From IMG/VR virus record IMGVR_UViG_3300016667_000284, positions 1 to 47,081 of that record: 47,081 nucleotides of DNA. One strand, written 5' to 3'. The position numbers and the translations under genes are program-made. Position 1 is the first letter of the stretch, and each line of letters opens with the position of its first letter. The notes beneath the pieces were generated by a model, which was not told the DNA's origin, did not search any database, and worked only from the letters and a program-made list of their open reading frames with translations. This document shows positions 34,695 to 44,065 of the stretch, in pieces. Origin of the DNA: a virus.

Positions 34695-34904
34695 TCAGGC
34701 CCTTCCACAGTCTTCGGACACCACGCGCAGGCGCAGGAACTTCGCGCCAGTGGCATCGTCAATCAGATGCGTTTCTTCAATCCTGAATGGTCCTGGCGTA
34801 TCGTCGCAGGATAGCGTCACCTCTCCGCCATGGCTGGCGATCAGCATAGCGATAACCTCAAGCGCCACGCCGGGATCGGACAAGACGGGTGTGTCAGTTG
34901 CCAT
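34695..34904 (-). CDS. hypothetical protein (69 aa)
   Basis: ATG start, operon context. Confidence 0.5.
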   Translation of the reverse strand: MATDTPVLSDPGVALEVIAMLIASHGGEVTLSCDDTPGPFRIEETHLIDDATGAKFLRLRVVSEDCGRA

Positions 34905-35127
34905 CGGTCATGCCCCTCAACGCCGCCGCAATCGCGCGCCGGTTGTTCCACATCGCATTAAGGCATTCGACAATCTCGATGCTATGGGTCAGCACCGAGC
35001 CCCAGCGATAGCCTTGCCGCTGGTTGCCAAGGTCACACACCGAAAAGCGCAGGATGTCGGGATGCTTGGCGCACCTGCTTTTGGGCAGGTCCAGCGTCGC
35101 CTCGATCTTGGTGATTACGTCATCCAT
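34894..35127 (-). CDS. hypothetical protein (77 aa)
   Basis: Internal ATG 35127 (MDDVITKIE...), 8-nt overlap upstream. Confidence 0.5.
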   Translation of the reverse strand: MDDVITKIEATLDLPKSRCAKHPDILRFSVCDLGNQRQGYRWGSVLTHSIEIVECLNAMWNNRRAIAAALRGMTDGN

Positions 35128-35401
35128 CGGTCTTGGCTCCCATGCTGGTGAGGATGATCTTCGCTGTGCGGACGTATCGCGGCCAATCGGTTTCGGCGCG
35201 GTTGCTCTCGACGGCCTCTGTGTCGCCCATGCGCCCAAGTTCTAGGCACAGAACCCGCGCCAGTTCCTCCACGCTCGGCGCAACGATCAACTGGCCGGTG
35301 CGGTAGGCGTTGACGAGGGCTTGGCGGAACAGAATGTTGTCGGCAACGGAGCCGGGTGTCGCCTTCGCATCCAGTGCGGCCAGTGTTTCCTTGAGGGTCA
35401 T
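35120..35401 (-). CDS. hypothetical protein (93 aa)
   Basis: ATG start with an ATGA-type overlap. Confidence 0.5.
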   Translation of the reverse strand: MTLKETLAALDAKATPGSVADNILFRQALVNAYRTGQLIVAPSVEELARVLCLELGRMGDTEAVESNRAETDWPRYVRTAKIILTSMGAKTDG

Positions 35402-35661
35402 GGGTGGGTGTCCTTCCGTGGTCGGCCCAGGCGCTTTTGGGCTGGAGCGAGTTCGAGGTAGTCAGGCTTGCGAGGCTGGGGCCCGCCCAGCTTTGCACCG
35501 TGGTAGAGTCCGGCGAGGTAAACCTCACGCATGATGTCGGAATTGGGCCGGTGGATCGCGGCGTTGACCACGACCTTACGGACAATTGAGTCCATAGCGC
35601 GGTACTTTGCAGCTTCTTCTTTTCCATCTGGCGGTGGAGCTAGAATCGAAACGTCGCTCAT
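35398..35661 (-). CDS. hypothetical protein (87 aa)
   Basis: ATG start with an ATGA-type overlap. Confidence 0.5.
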   Translation of the reverse strand: MSDVSILAPPPDGKEEAAKYRAMDSIVRKVVVNAAIHRPNSDIMREVYLAGLYHGAKLGGPQPRKPDYLELAPAQKRLGRPRKDTHP

Positions 35662-36245
35662 GACCGCTCTCCCATTGCTGCGAGGGCTTTCAAGGCTCTA
35701 CCGATGACGAACATCGCCTCATCTGCGTCGCTCGCATTCTGAAAGCCAATTACCAGTTTGCGCGCTCGGTGCTCACCGATGTTGTGCGGCTCGGTCATCA
35801 TGAAACCGCCCTTTGCCAGCGCCTCCACCACAGCGGGGGCCACAGGTTCGGCGGGGCGCTGGCAAGAGCACGGTTTGTCGTCGTTTGGCTTCCAAGAGCA
35901 ATTGGACGCCATGCCGCCACAGGGCGGTGCCCAAGTACAAATCGCCGCAGGTTCGGCGGGGTTGGTGTAGAGGGGTGTCTCGGTCCAGCCATAGAACGCA
36001 TCGCGGGAACTTGTGACGCGCGTTGGCGAAACGTGGCGGCGGCCTTCCCGCTCATACATCCAAGCCACAGGTTCGGCGTCCGGTGCTGATGCGCGGTGGC
36101 GGGCGAAGGCTTGGACCATGTAACCGTCGTCACATTCACCACGGCGAATGCGGGCCTGCCAGTCGTTGTTCTTGCTGTCGCGGTAGGCTTTAACTGCATC
36201 AGCCGCCGCATCCCGGTCCCGCTGCGTCACGGTCACTTCAACCAT
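35658..36245 (-). CDS. hypothetical Cys-containing protein (195 aa)
   Basis: ATG start, operon context. Confidence 0.55.
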   Translation of the reverse strand: MVEVTVTQRDRDAAADAVKAYRDSKNNDWQARIRRGECDDGYMVQAFARHRASAPDAEPVAWMYEREGRRHVSPTRVTSSRDAFYGWTETPLYTNPAEPAAICTWAPPCGGMASNCSWKPNDDKPCSCQRPAEPVAPAVVEALAKGGFMMTEPHNIGEHRARKLVIGFQNASDADEAMFVIGRALKALAAMGERS

Positions 36246-36633
36246 GTCGGTTCTCCTGATTGCCTGAGGTTTCGGGCGATATGGGATTTCCCATAACGGG
36301 AGCGTTGGCTTTCAGGATGGCGGCGAGAATGGCTTCGGCGGGGGTCGCTTCGATTGCTTCGACAATCAGACCATGCTCACCGGCTGACAAAGCCGTCAGA
36401 TCGCCAACATCTGCGAAGTATCGGGCTGGTTCTAGCGGTAGATCATCGCACCAATACCTCGCCACGGTCCAGCAAGCTCCCTCCGGCACCAGCATCATCG
36501 CAGCATCGAGCCATGCTTCGGCGTCGAGTAGGCGGCGGAAGCGGGCGCGCCCCAGCCCTAAATTAAGCCCGCCTTCTTGAAAGCCTGTTTCCGGGTACAG
36601 TGCGTTCCACGCAGCTTCCAGCTTATCCCTCAT
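36238..36633 (-). CDS. hypothetical protein (131 aa)
   Basis: ATG 36633 with an AAGGA RBS. The track N-extension is Arg-rich. Confidence 0.5.
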   Translation of the reverse strand: MRDKLEAAWNALYPETGFQEGGLNLGLGRARFRRLLDAEAWLDAAMMLVPEGACWTVARYWCDDLPLEPARYFADVGDLTALSAGEHGLIVEAIEATPAEAILAAILKANAPVMGNPISPETSGNQENRHG

Positions 36634-36961
36634 GATGGTTGTCCTTGGTTTCGGGCGCATCGGCATTGCCGACCGCGCTCTCGTGAACCGCGCCTGTAGT
36701 CGCGGCCCTACGGGCTTCGAGCGCTTGCGCACGGCGTTCCATCCCGCGCAAAGTCAGGTTGAGTAGGTCGCGGATGTCGGATACGTCTGTTGCGCCAAGG
36801 TTCGACGGGAATGTGAACACAACAGCGCCAGCGTCTGTATTCCATACCATCGTCATTGGTCGCGCGTCAGGGATTGAAGCCGGAACGGTCGAAACCGCAG
36901 GGTTCGATCCGAAGGACGAAAGCCCGTTAAGACGCCCATCATCTGTGTGCTTATCCCTCAT
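36623..36961 (-). CDS. hypothetical protein (112 aa)
   Basis: ATG start, operon context. Confidence 0.5.
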   Translation of the reverse strand: MRDKHTDDGRLNGLSSFGSNPAVSTVPASIPDARPMTMVWNTDAGAVVFTFPSNLGATDVSDIRDLLNLTLRGMERRAQALEARRAATTGAVHESAVGNADAPETKDNHHEG

Positions 36962-37256
36962 TGCTCTCTCCCAAGATGGAGCGGACTGCGAGGCCGAGTT
37001 GGGTGAGCAACCAGCCCGATCCGTAGAAGTCGCCGTCGCTGGTCACGAGGCCGGTTTCACACTCGGCCAGACCGAGTTTACGCAGTTCTTGAGCGACAAA
37101 CTTGGCAATCCCAGCATCGTAGTCACTTCCCATATCTCGCGCCAAATCCTTGGCATTCCGGCATGGCGTGTCGCTGTCGCTGTAGGCTTCCATTGCTAGA
37201 ACCGCCCGCTTCTGCGCCTCACTCAACCGGGCGGCGATGGCTTGGGGGTTGCTCAT
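36951..37256 (-). CDS. hypothetical protein (101 aa)
   Basis: ATG 37256 (MSNPQAIAARL...), ATGA overlap. Confidence 0.5.
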   Translation of the reverse strand: MSNPQAIAARLSEAQKRAVLAMEAYSDSDTPCRNAKDLARDMGSDYDAGIAKFVAQELRKLGLAECETGLVTSDGDFYGSGWLLTQLGLAVRSILGESNEG

Positions 37257-37558
37257 TCCCCTTCTCCTGTCTGCGCGGGAGGGGTGGGGAGAGGAAAAGG
37301 CGTGAACGCGAACTTGGCAGAGGACTTGCGGGCGAACTTGGCTGCACCGTCGACAAACTGCTCCATGCTTTTCCACGCCTCTCCGTTCACCTGCCATGGG
37401 CGCGCAAGCAGTTCGGGCAGCACGGCAAGAAACACCTGACGTTCAAATTCCTCGCGCATCGCGGAGACCGTTTCCGCTCGTTCAAAGCGCGCAGATCGAC
37501 GGCAACCCGCCGCATACCCCTTCGTATATCCGCGCTTCTCGTCAGCGGTTGCGGTCAT
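37253..37558 (-). CDS. hypothetical protein (101 aa)
   Basis: ATG 37558 (MTATADEKRGY...). Confidence 0.5.
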   Translation of the reverse strand: MTATADEKRGYTKGYAAGCRRSARFERAETVSAMREEFERQVFLAVLPELLARPWQVNGEAWKSMEQFVDGAAKFARKSSAKFAFTPFPLPTPPAQTGEGE

Positions 37559-37688
37559 GATGGGTCTCCTTGCTCTCAGCCCACGTCCGGCCGTCCGCCC
37601 TGCGGAGCGGCCACACGCTGTCGCGTGAAACGCGGTACGGCTTGCCCATGGGCGCGCTGCCCACTGGAACACGACGGATCTCATTCAT
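37542..37688 (-). CDS. small basic ORF (48 aa)
   Basis: MNEIRRVPVGSAPMGKPYRV... with 8-nt and 17-nt overlaps to its neighbours. Confidence 0.25.
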   Translation of the reverse strand: MNEIRRVPVGSAPMGKPYRVSRDSVWPLRRADGRTWAESKETHHDRNR

Positions 37689-37785
37689 CTCCGCTCTCCC
37701 GCGGCATTGCCATGATGGCGCCGAACACCGTGCCGGCACTGAAGAAGCAGCACGCGACTGCCAGGATGATCAGGACGTTGGTCAC
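37681..37785 (-). CDS. tiny hydrophobic peptide (34 aa)
   Basis: GTG start in a GTGA overlap with the nuclease stop. VTNVLIILAVACCFFSAGTVFGAIMAMPRESGDE. Confidence 0.3.
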   Translation of the reverse strand: MTNVLIILAVACCFFSAGTVFGAIMAMPRESGDE

Positions 37786-38612
37786 TTGGCTTCTCCCCAC
37801 CATCCGTTCTCTACCGGCGTAGCGCCGGGAAAGTGTTCCTGCACTGCCGCCACCATCCGCTCCGGCTTCCAGCAGGTCGCCTTGTAGGAGCAGAAGCGGC
37901 ACTTGAAGAACGTCTCGTCCTTCGCGATGCGCGGCGCCTCGTTCGGGTTCCGCGTCGACACGACGCGAGCGCCGCGGTCGATGCACACCTGCACGTTCAC
38001 CGGGTCGAACTCGATCAGCTCGGCATAGACCTCGCCTGTATCGGCGTTTATCGCGGTGAACAGTGCCGGGTTCTCGTGAAGCTCCAGGTGGTGCATGTAG
38101 AGGTTCATCTGCGCGTAGTAGACCGGCTTGGACAGCTTCACGCCCTTCTTCGCCGTGTCGTTCCACGACTTGTTCGACAGCGACTTCATCTCCCACAGGC
38201 ACGGCACGGCCATGCCGTTCGGCGCCGCCGTGATGATGCCGTCGCAGTGCCCCGCGATGCGCGCATTACCGTCTTCGTCCTTGGCGATGTAGAAGCCGAA
38301 CTGGCGGCCGTCCGGGCGCTCGGTCAGCAGCGTGAAGCCAGCGGTGCGCAGATAGTCCGCCATGCGCGTTTCGGCGTCATGCCCGCGGTCGAAGACGCGC
38401 AGCGTCTTGCCGGGAAAGTGACCATCCACGTCCTTCGGCGTCTTGTGGAACTCGTAGGCAAGCATCCGCTCGCACTCTTCTCCAAGGCGCGAAGCGCCAA
38501 GGTACGTGCGGCCGGGCTCTGCCTGCTGCTTCGCCTCCATGGCGCGATCGAGCAGCGCCTGGAACGCCTCGGAGAACTCCATGTGCGGGGATGGCTGGAA
38601 GTTCATGGTCAT
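37782..38612 (-). CDS. PD-(D/E)XK exonuclease, Cas4/RecB-like with Cys cluster
   Basis: HCDGI...WEMK nuclease core. One N-terminal Cys (EECERM) plus CRFCSYKATC (CxxCx5C). Confidence 0.8.
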   Translation of the reverse strand: MTMNFQPSPHMEFSEAFQALLDRAMEAKQQAEPGRTYLGASRLGEECERMLAYEFHKTPKDVDGHFPGKTLRVFDRGHDAETRMADYLRTAGFTLLTERPDGRQFGFYIAKDEDGNARIAGHCDGIITAAPNGMAVPCLWEMKSLSNKSWNDTAKKGVKLSKPVYYAQMNLYMHHLELHENPALFTAINADTGEVYAELIEFDPVNVQVCIDRGARVVSTRNPNEAPRIAKDETFFKCRFCSYKATCWKPERMVAAVQEHFPGATPVENGWWGEAK

Positions 38613-39046
38613 CACGCCATCTCCATCGCAATGCGCATCCGCTCCGTTATCGGGCCGTGCGTCTTTCCGCTCTTGAACAGCGCCTTCAGCAGCGCGCGCG
38701 AACCGATCTCCATACCACGCTCGTGGGCTGCGTTGCTTCCGCCAACCGGCTCATCGCTGGCGCGGTCCCGCGCCTCGTCATAGCGTTTGCGCTTGATCCT
38801 GGCTTTCGCCAACTCCTTGGCGACTGCCTGCTGCATCGTTCCCATCTTCTCGGTCAGCATGAAGTCGAGGATCTTCACCACCGTCTCCGCGCCGGGCTTG
38901 CGCCCGCCGCGCAGCTCGCGAACCAGATTGGGGTCGCCAACCGTCAGAATGCCGAACGTGCCGATCGGCATCGCGTTGTCGGCGAGGAACTTCTCGATTT
39001 TCGGAAGCAGTTCCAATGTAACCTCCCTTGTTGCAAGGCGGTGCAT
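38612..39046 (-). CDS. hypothetical protein, possible DNA-binding
   Basis: ATG 39046 (MHRLATREVTLELLPK...), 144 aa. The track N-extension overlaps the DUF3310 gene. Confidence 0.5.
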   Translation of the reverse strand: MHRLATREVTLELLPKIEKFLADNAMPIGTFGILTVGDPNLVRELRGGRKPGAETVVKILDFMLTEKMGTMQQAVAKELAKARIKRKRYDEARDRASDEPVGGSNAAHERGMEIGSRALLKALFKSGKTHGPITERMRIAMEMA

Positions 39047-39074
39047 ATACCCCGCCTTGCAGGCTGTCAATATG

Positions 39075-39347
39075 CTATTCGCTCGTGAGACGCGCGAGAT
39101 ACCACTGCGCCTTTTCCAGGCTCTCCTTCCCGCCCTTGTGGCGCTCGCGCCAGACGTACTTGAGCGCGTTACCCTTGCAGAAGCCACGGAACTCTTCAGG
39201 TGTCAGCGCCGCCTTGATCGCGTCGATGCACTCGATAGAGCCGGCGGTGTAGTGCGGCGGGTTGTTCACCATGTCGGCGCCGTCCTTCTGCGATGCGATC
39301 AGCCTCTCCGCATATGCTGCGAGGATCTCAGTCTTACCTTCACCCAT
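39075..39347 (-). CDS. DUF3310-family protein
   Basis: NPPHYTAGSIECIDAI...ALKYVWR motif set. 90 aa. Confidence 0.75.
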   Translation of the reverse strand: MGEGKTEILAAYAERLIASQKDGADMVNNPPHYTAGSIECIDAIKAALTPEEFRGFCKGNALKYVWRERHKGGKESLEKAQWYLARLTSE

Positions 39348-39513
39348 CTGCCATCACTCCAATCATGTTGAGAAACATCGCCTGCCCTTCCGGCTGGCGC
39401 CGGAAGCACTCGGCGCAATACCAGTCCGTCTTCGGCCGCGCCGGGAAGCCGATGCCATGCGAGGCGTGCGGCCTGCCGCAGCCTTGGCATGGGTGGTCAG
39501 CTTGGCTACTCAC
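39340..39513 (-). CDS. small zinc-ribbon-like ORF (57 aa)
   Basis: GTG in a GTGA overlap with the helicase stop. CQGC...(22 aa)...CAEC. Confidence 0.4.
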   Translation of the reverse strand: MSSQADHPCQGCGRPHASHGIGFPARPKTDWYCAECFRRQPEGQAMFLNMIGVMADG

Positions 39514-42233
39514 GCCGCCATCCTCCCGGCACCTTCGAGGATCTTGCGGATCACTCGCTCGTTGAACTTCCATGTCATCTGGCAGGCTGCGCCGTACTTG
39601 GTCACACCAAGCGCCTGCATCGGATCGAGGCTGAGGAACTCGCGCTGCTTGTCAGTGCAGGGCTCGGACAGCCAGCGCTTCGTCTTCTTCGCGCCGACGC
39701 CATCACCCCACTCGCGCATCCAGTCGTCGCAGGCGGCCATGGCAATGAAGCGGTCCCCGCTGTCGGCCAGGTGCTTGATCCCCGGCTCCTTGCCACCGCC
39801 AATGGCGTGCCAGCGCCCGCGGTACGACACCACGACACCCCACGCCTCGAAAGCGGTGACGATCGACACAAGCCCATCGAACAGGTTCTCGTACCGGAAC
39901 GGACTGTCGTTGAGCAGGTCGATCTCGGTCATGACGAAGTTGGTCAGGACCGATTTCTGTCCATCGTCATCACCAACACTCACGCCAGGCAGAGCAGGCT
40001 CGTCTTCCTCGGGAACGTCCTTCGGAAAGTCAGCGCCGCACAGCGGGCACTGCTGGCACTGCTTCGGCACGTTTGCGCCGCATTCGGGGCAGTCGACCAG
40101 CCCACCGGCATTCAGGTCCACGTCCTGCACCAGCGAGCCGTGCGTGATCAGGCTGGCACCGAAGTCGATGACCACGCAGTCGTCGATCGGCGTGACGCCG
40201 GGATAGCGTTCCGGGTCCATGACGCGCAGTCCGCGCCCGACCATCTGGATCACGGTCGAGAGGTAGCTTTCCTTGCGCAGCAGGATCACGCACTTGGTGA
40301 TCGGCGCGTCCCAGCCTTCAGTCAGGACCGCGACGTTGCAGAGGACTTGAATGCTTCCTTTATCATACGCAGAAAGCGTTGAGCGTCGATCTCCGTCCGG
40401 CATGTCCCCATGGACGACGGCGGCGCGGATACCAGAACCACGAAATGCATCGGCAACATGCTCGGCGTGGGCCACAGTTGAGCAAAAGACGACGGTTTGC
40501 CGATCGCCCGCCAGCTCGGCCCACTTTGAAACGACGGCATCATTGTTGATGTCATTGTCGAGGATCCTTTCCACTTGGCTCTGGTCGAACTCACCGCCGC
40601 GCTTCGCGACGCCAGCGAGGGCGTCGTTGGCGAGATCGATGACGTAGCAGCGCGGCGGCACAAGCAGTCGCGCGTTGATCAGCTCCTTGAGCGTGATCAC
40701 GTCGGCCACGTTGTCGACCACGCCGCGCAGCGTGCGCTTGTCGCCGCGGTTCGGCGTTGCCGTCACGAGCATCAGCTTCATGTCGGGGTTCGCCTTGCGT
40801 GCCGCGTCGATGCAGCGCATGTAACCGTCCGCTGCCGCGTGGTGACCTTCGTCGATCACCATCAGGTCGAGGGCGGGGATGTCCGCCAAGTTGCGGATCA
40901 GCGTCTGCTGCATGGCAAAGGTGACATCGCCGCGCCACGACTTGCTGTCGGCCGTGTAGAGCGTGGTGCGTGCTCCGGGGTTGACTTTCAGGAAGGTCTT
41001 GCGGTTCTGGTCCACCAGCTCGTCGCGGTGCTGAAGCACCATCGCCTTGGCACCCTGCTGTGTGTAGTGGCCGGTGATGGCGGACAACATCACCGTGTTG
41101 TGCGTGACCGTGAAGTCACCGAGTAGGAACAGGCGGTCCCCAGTGATCTCGAAGCCGAAATATTCTCCATCACCGATCGGCTCCACCTTGATGCCGACCA
41201 GTAGTGCGTCCTTCTTGATTACTCGCGGCCCAACTTTCCTGCGCGGCACGCGCACAGGGATCATACCCGTCTCGCCGGAAATGGTAATGCGCCAGTAGTC
41301 CCCGACTGCACCTGTGTTGGTGGCCGTCTTCTGGCATGGCTTAATGTATGCTGCTAGACCGAGTGAGCGAGCAATAAACACCACGCCCATGGCGAGCTTT
41401 CGGTGCTTCAGAACGATATCAAAGCATCCTTTTGCTGCATATCCATCGGTATCCAGAACTCCAGCCAAGAGTTCCAGTCGGTCACTCCTGGACGCAACAA
41501 GGTATTCATGAGGAATATGCTTGTCGCCAAGCACGCCTATCTCGCGCAGCTTATCCTTCAGCACGTTTCCGCCCGGAGAACGCTCCCCAGTGGTCGCATG
41601 GATCGACCAAGATGCGCTTCCCGCCTTAGTCTCAAGTCGGGTTTTCAGGCCAAGGCTGTGGGCGTACTCAGACCATGCCCACGAAACTTCGTCGTCCATC
41701 GTGTTGATGGCCGGGAGGAGTTCAGTCCCATCACCCAGCCATAGACCTAGGATGTAGGGCGGTATGGCCAGGAGGTCGGGGCCGGGGAATTCTTCGAAAT
41801 CCACGCCAACGCGCCAGCCCTTCGCGCAATGACGGAAGGTTTTTGTCTCAGCCAGGTAGTCGGTGACGGTGATGTTGTGGATGCTTCCTGGCTCAAGGCG
41901 CTTGCAGCCAGTTCCGTTGGTCATCTTCAACGACAGAATATGGGCGTCGTTCACTACATAACTGTCACCCTTAGTTGGGGTGACGCGATACAGCGGGCCC
42001 CAGCCTGTCGTTGTCGACAGGACTTGGCGGGGCGTGCTGTCGGGCCCCATCAGTAGATCGCCAACACCAACATCCTCGACGGATTTGATGGTGCCGTTGT
42101 ACATCAGAACCGGTGTACCGCGTCCAAGGCATTTCCCAGCGCCTGTGGGAGCCACGCCGAGCGTGTTCCCCCTGTCATCCAGCGCCTTCACCGCCAGATC
42201 ACGGAACTGTACTTGTCGTTCCCGTAGCTTCAT
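39510..42233 (-). CDS. SF2 DEAD/DEAH-type helicase interrupted by an intein; C-terminal zinc ribbon
   Basis: Walker A APTGAGK|[intein]|T, DEGH box (MVIDEGHHAAADG), VTATPNRGD, CPECG...CPLCG. 907 aa precursor, 562 aa after splicing. Confidence 0.9.
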   Translation of the reverse strand: MKLRERQVQFRDLAVKALDDRGNTLGVAPTGAGKCLGRGTPVLMYNGTIKSVEDVGVGDLLMGPDSTPRQVLSTTTGWGPLYRVTPTKGDSYVVNDAHILSLKMTNGTGCKRLEPGSIHNITVTDYLAETKTFRHCAKGWRVGVDFEEFPGPDLLAIPPYILGLWLGDGTELLPAINTMDDEVSWAWSEYAHSLGLKTRLETKAGSASWSIHATTGERSPGGNVLKDKLREIGVLGDKHIPHEYLVASRSDRLELLAGVLDTDGYAAKGCFDIVLKHRKLAMGVVFIARSLGLAAYIKPCQKTATNTGAVGDYWRITISGETGMIPVRVPRRKVGPRVIKKDALLVGIKVEPIGDGEYFGFEITGDRLFLLGDFTVTHNTVMLSAITGHYTQQGAKAMVLQHRDELVDQNRKTFLKVNPGARTTLYTADSKSWRGDVTFAMQQTLIRNLADIPALDLMVIDEGHHAAADGYMRCIDAARKANPDMKLMLVTATPNRGDKRTLRGVVDNVADVITLKELINARLLVPPRCYVIDLANDALAGVAKRGGEFDQSQVERILDNDINNDAVVSKWAELAGDRQTVVFCSTVAHAEHVADAFRGSGIRAAVVHGDMPDGDRRSTLSAYDKGSIQVLCNVAVLTEGWDAPITKCVILLRKESYLSTVIQMVGRGLRVMDPERYPGVTPIDDCVVIDFGASLITHGSLVQDVDLNAGGLVDCPECGANVPKQCQQCPLCGADFPKDVPEEDEPALPGVSVGDDDGQKSVLTNFVMTEIDLLNDSPFRYENLFDGLVSIVTAFEAWGVVVSYRGRWHAIGGGKEPGIKHLADSGDRFIAMAACDDWMREWGDGVGAKKTKRWLSEPCTDKQREFLSLDPMQALGVTKYGAACQMTWKFNERVIRKILEGAGRMAA
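41097..42131 (-). mobile_element. intein with LAGLIDADG homing-endonuclease domain (345 aa)
   Basis: Cys1 (CLGRGTPVLMYNG), block B NDAHIL, LAGLIDADG motifs YILGLWLGDGT and LLAGVLDTDGY, C-terminal VTHN followed by +1 Thr. AT-richer than the flanks. Confidence 0.85.
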
Positions 42234-42429
42234 GGTCGTCGTCCCTCTCTACGGAGGTGTTGAACTTGCTTTCGAGGTAGCGCGCCGCCCAGCCGCGAAG
42301 CGGCAAGGGCAGCGCGTTCCACGAGAGATGGATCATCATGGCGATGCCATCGGCCATCCCCCGGCCACTTTCGATTGCCTGCATCGCAGTGTGGAACCGA
42401 TGGTAGTCTGAGGGATTGGGGATGTGCAT
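42199..42429 (-). CDS. hypothetical protein (76 aa)
   Basis: ATG start. 35-nt overlap with the helicase start. Confidence 0.4.
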   Translation of the reverse strand: MHIPNPSDYHRFHTAMQAIESGRGMADGIAMMIHLSWNALPLPLRGWAARYLESKFNTSVERDDDHEATGTTSTVP

Positions 42430-42447
42430 CGCCTGTGATCCTGTACG

Positions 42448-43137
42448 TTACTGTCCGTTCGCCTGCGCCAGCCAGGACGGCTGGCTAGAAGGGGATGCTG
42501 TGGTCGCAGTCGTCGTTTGTGCAAAGCCCGTTGTCGTGGACTGGCTCGCCGCAGTCGACGCAACCCCCGACTGCTGGGGCTGCTGAAAACCCGTCTGCGG
42601 GGCCGCCCCGCCGAAACCGAAGCCGCTCTGCGCTGCCTGCGGGGCAGGGTTGCCCGCCACGCCGTACTCGCCGCGCTGGAGGCGCAGGAAGTCCTTGTTG
42701 CCGCTCGACTGCGGGTTTGGCGTCAGCCACTCCGCGACCTTGTTCTTGTCGTCGTAGCCGCCCGTACCCTTTTCGATCTTCACCTTGATCGCGACGCGCA
42801 GTCCCGACAGGTCAGTGAAGTCGTTGATGTTGTAGGCCGGCGCGTTATTCGGCCCGGCGCCGCGACCGCTCTCCAGCATCCGCGCCACGGCGGCCATGCC
42901 CATCTGGCGGTAGGCTTCCGAGTTGTTCTGGTCGAACGGGTTTCCGACCATCTCCCAGATCTTGCGTCGCGCGTAGGGCTGGCCTTCGTCGATCGTCAGT
43001 TCGATGTCGAGATAGGAACCGCCTGCCTTGCTGTTCTTCTGGCCGCGCACGTTCACGATCGCCCATGCGACCTGTCCGCTGGGGATGAGGTCGCCCCCGC
43101 CGGTATTGAGGCCGGCGCCTGCACTGAAATCCATCAT
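42448..43137 (-). CDS. DUF669-type phage ssDNA-binding-like protein with Q/G/T-rich tail
   Basis: N-terminal LIPSGQVAWAIVNVRGQKNSKAGGSYLDIELTIDEGQPYARRKIW pattern. Adjacent to the AAA_24 gene. Confidence 0.7.
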   Translation of the reverse strand: MMDFSAGAGLNTGGGDLIPSGQVAWAIVNVRGQKNSKAGGSYLDIELTIDEGQPYARRKIWEMVGNPFDQNNSEAYRQMGMAAVARMLESGRGAGPNNAPAYNINDFTDLSGLRVAIKVKIEKGTGGYDDKNKVAEWLTPNPQSSGNKDFLRLQRGEYGVAGNPAPQAAQSGFGFGGAAPQTGFQQPQQSGVASTAASQSTTTGFAQTTTATTASPSSQPSWLAQANGQ

Positions 43138-43177
43138 GGTCGTATATCCTTTTGGTTAGGTCCTGGTAAGTCGCGCG

Positions 43178-44065
43178 TCACTCCGCCGCAGGCGCGGCGA
43201 AGTTCGGGGTGTCCTTCCGCGGCGCGGACTGGATCTTGCGGATCAGCGCGCCGAGATCGGGTGCTTCGATGGCGTCGAGACGCCCGGAGCGGTCCTTCGC
43301 CGGCACGCCGTAGCCGTTGTTCTGGTGGCAGATGAAGCCGCGCTGTGTGCCCTTCACCATGTCGAACGCCGGCGTGCCAGACGCCATGTCGAACAGGCCG
43401 AGCGTCAGCACCTGGTCGAAGATGCCGGGCAGTTCGCGCCCGGCCTTCGAGCCCTCGATCTGCGGGTCGTAGGTCGGCCGGCCGAAGTCATCCTTGCCGA
43501 CATCGAGGATGCCGACGGTGATGATGTTCTTCGACCGGATGTGCTGCGCCTGCGTCAGCCACGTCACGACTTCCTGCCCGAGCAGGCCGTAGGCGCCGCG
43601 GGTGTCGGGCTTGCCCGTCTTCTCGCTGAAAGCCTCCGGCTGCGTCTTCGACCACGCCAGCGCCATGCGGCTGGCGACGGTGATGCTGTCGATGAACACG
43701 GTGTCGTACTTGTCGAACGTCTCGGCCGGAGCCAGCACCTGCTGGTACTGGTCGAACGCGGCGCGCGAGTAGGGCGACGTGTCCGGCGCAGCCGGATCGG
43801 GGCCGCCGAGCAGGCAGATCAGCGCGCGGGCGAACTGCCACGGGTGAACACCCATCTTGGTCGCTTCCTCGCGCACCGAGATCACGTCACCGGCCCATGA
43901 CTGGATCGCGAGTGTCCCGGCTTCGAGGTCGACGAACAGGGTGGATGCCGGGTCGAGCGTGTTGGCCTGGAAGGTCTTGCCGCTGCCGGACGGGCCGAAC
44001 AGGGCAATGTTGACCTTCTGCCGCGCCTTCAGGCGCTCGTCGGCAGAGATGATGTGGAGTGCCAT
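43178..44065 (-). CDS. AAA_24 / Sak4-like RecA-fold ATPase
   Basis: Walker A FGPSGSGKTF, Walker B YDTVFIDSIT, NIITVGILD segment. Confidence 0.8.
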   Translation of the reverse strand: MALHIISADERLKARQKVNIALFGPSGSGKTFQANTLDPASTLFVDLEAGTLAIQSWAGDVISVREEATKMGVHPWQFARALICLLGGPDPAAPDTSPYSRAAFDQYQQVLAPAETFDKYDTVFIDSITVASRMALAWSKTQPEAFSEKTGKPDTRGAYGLLGQEVVTWLTQAQHIRSKNIITVGILDVGKDDFGRPTYDPQIEGSKAGRELPGIFDQVLTLGLFDMASGTPAFDMVKGTQRGFICHQNNGYGVPAKDRSGRLDAIEAPDLGALIRKIQSAPRKDTPNFAAPAAE

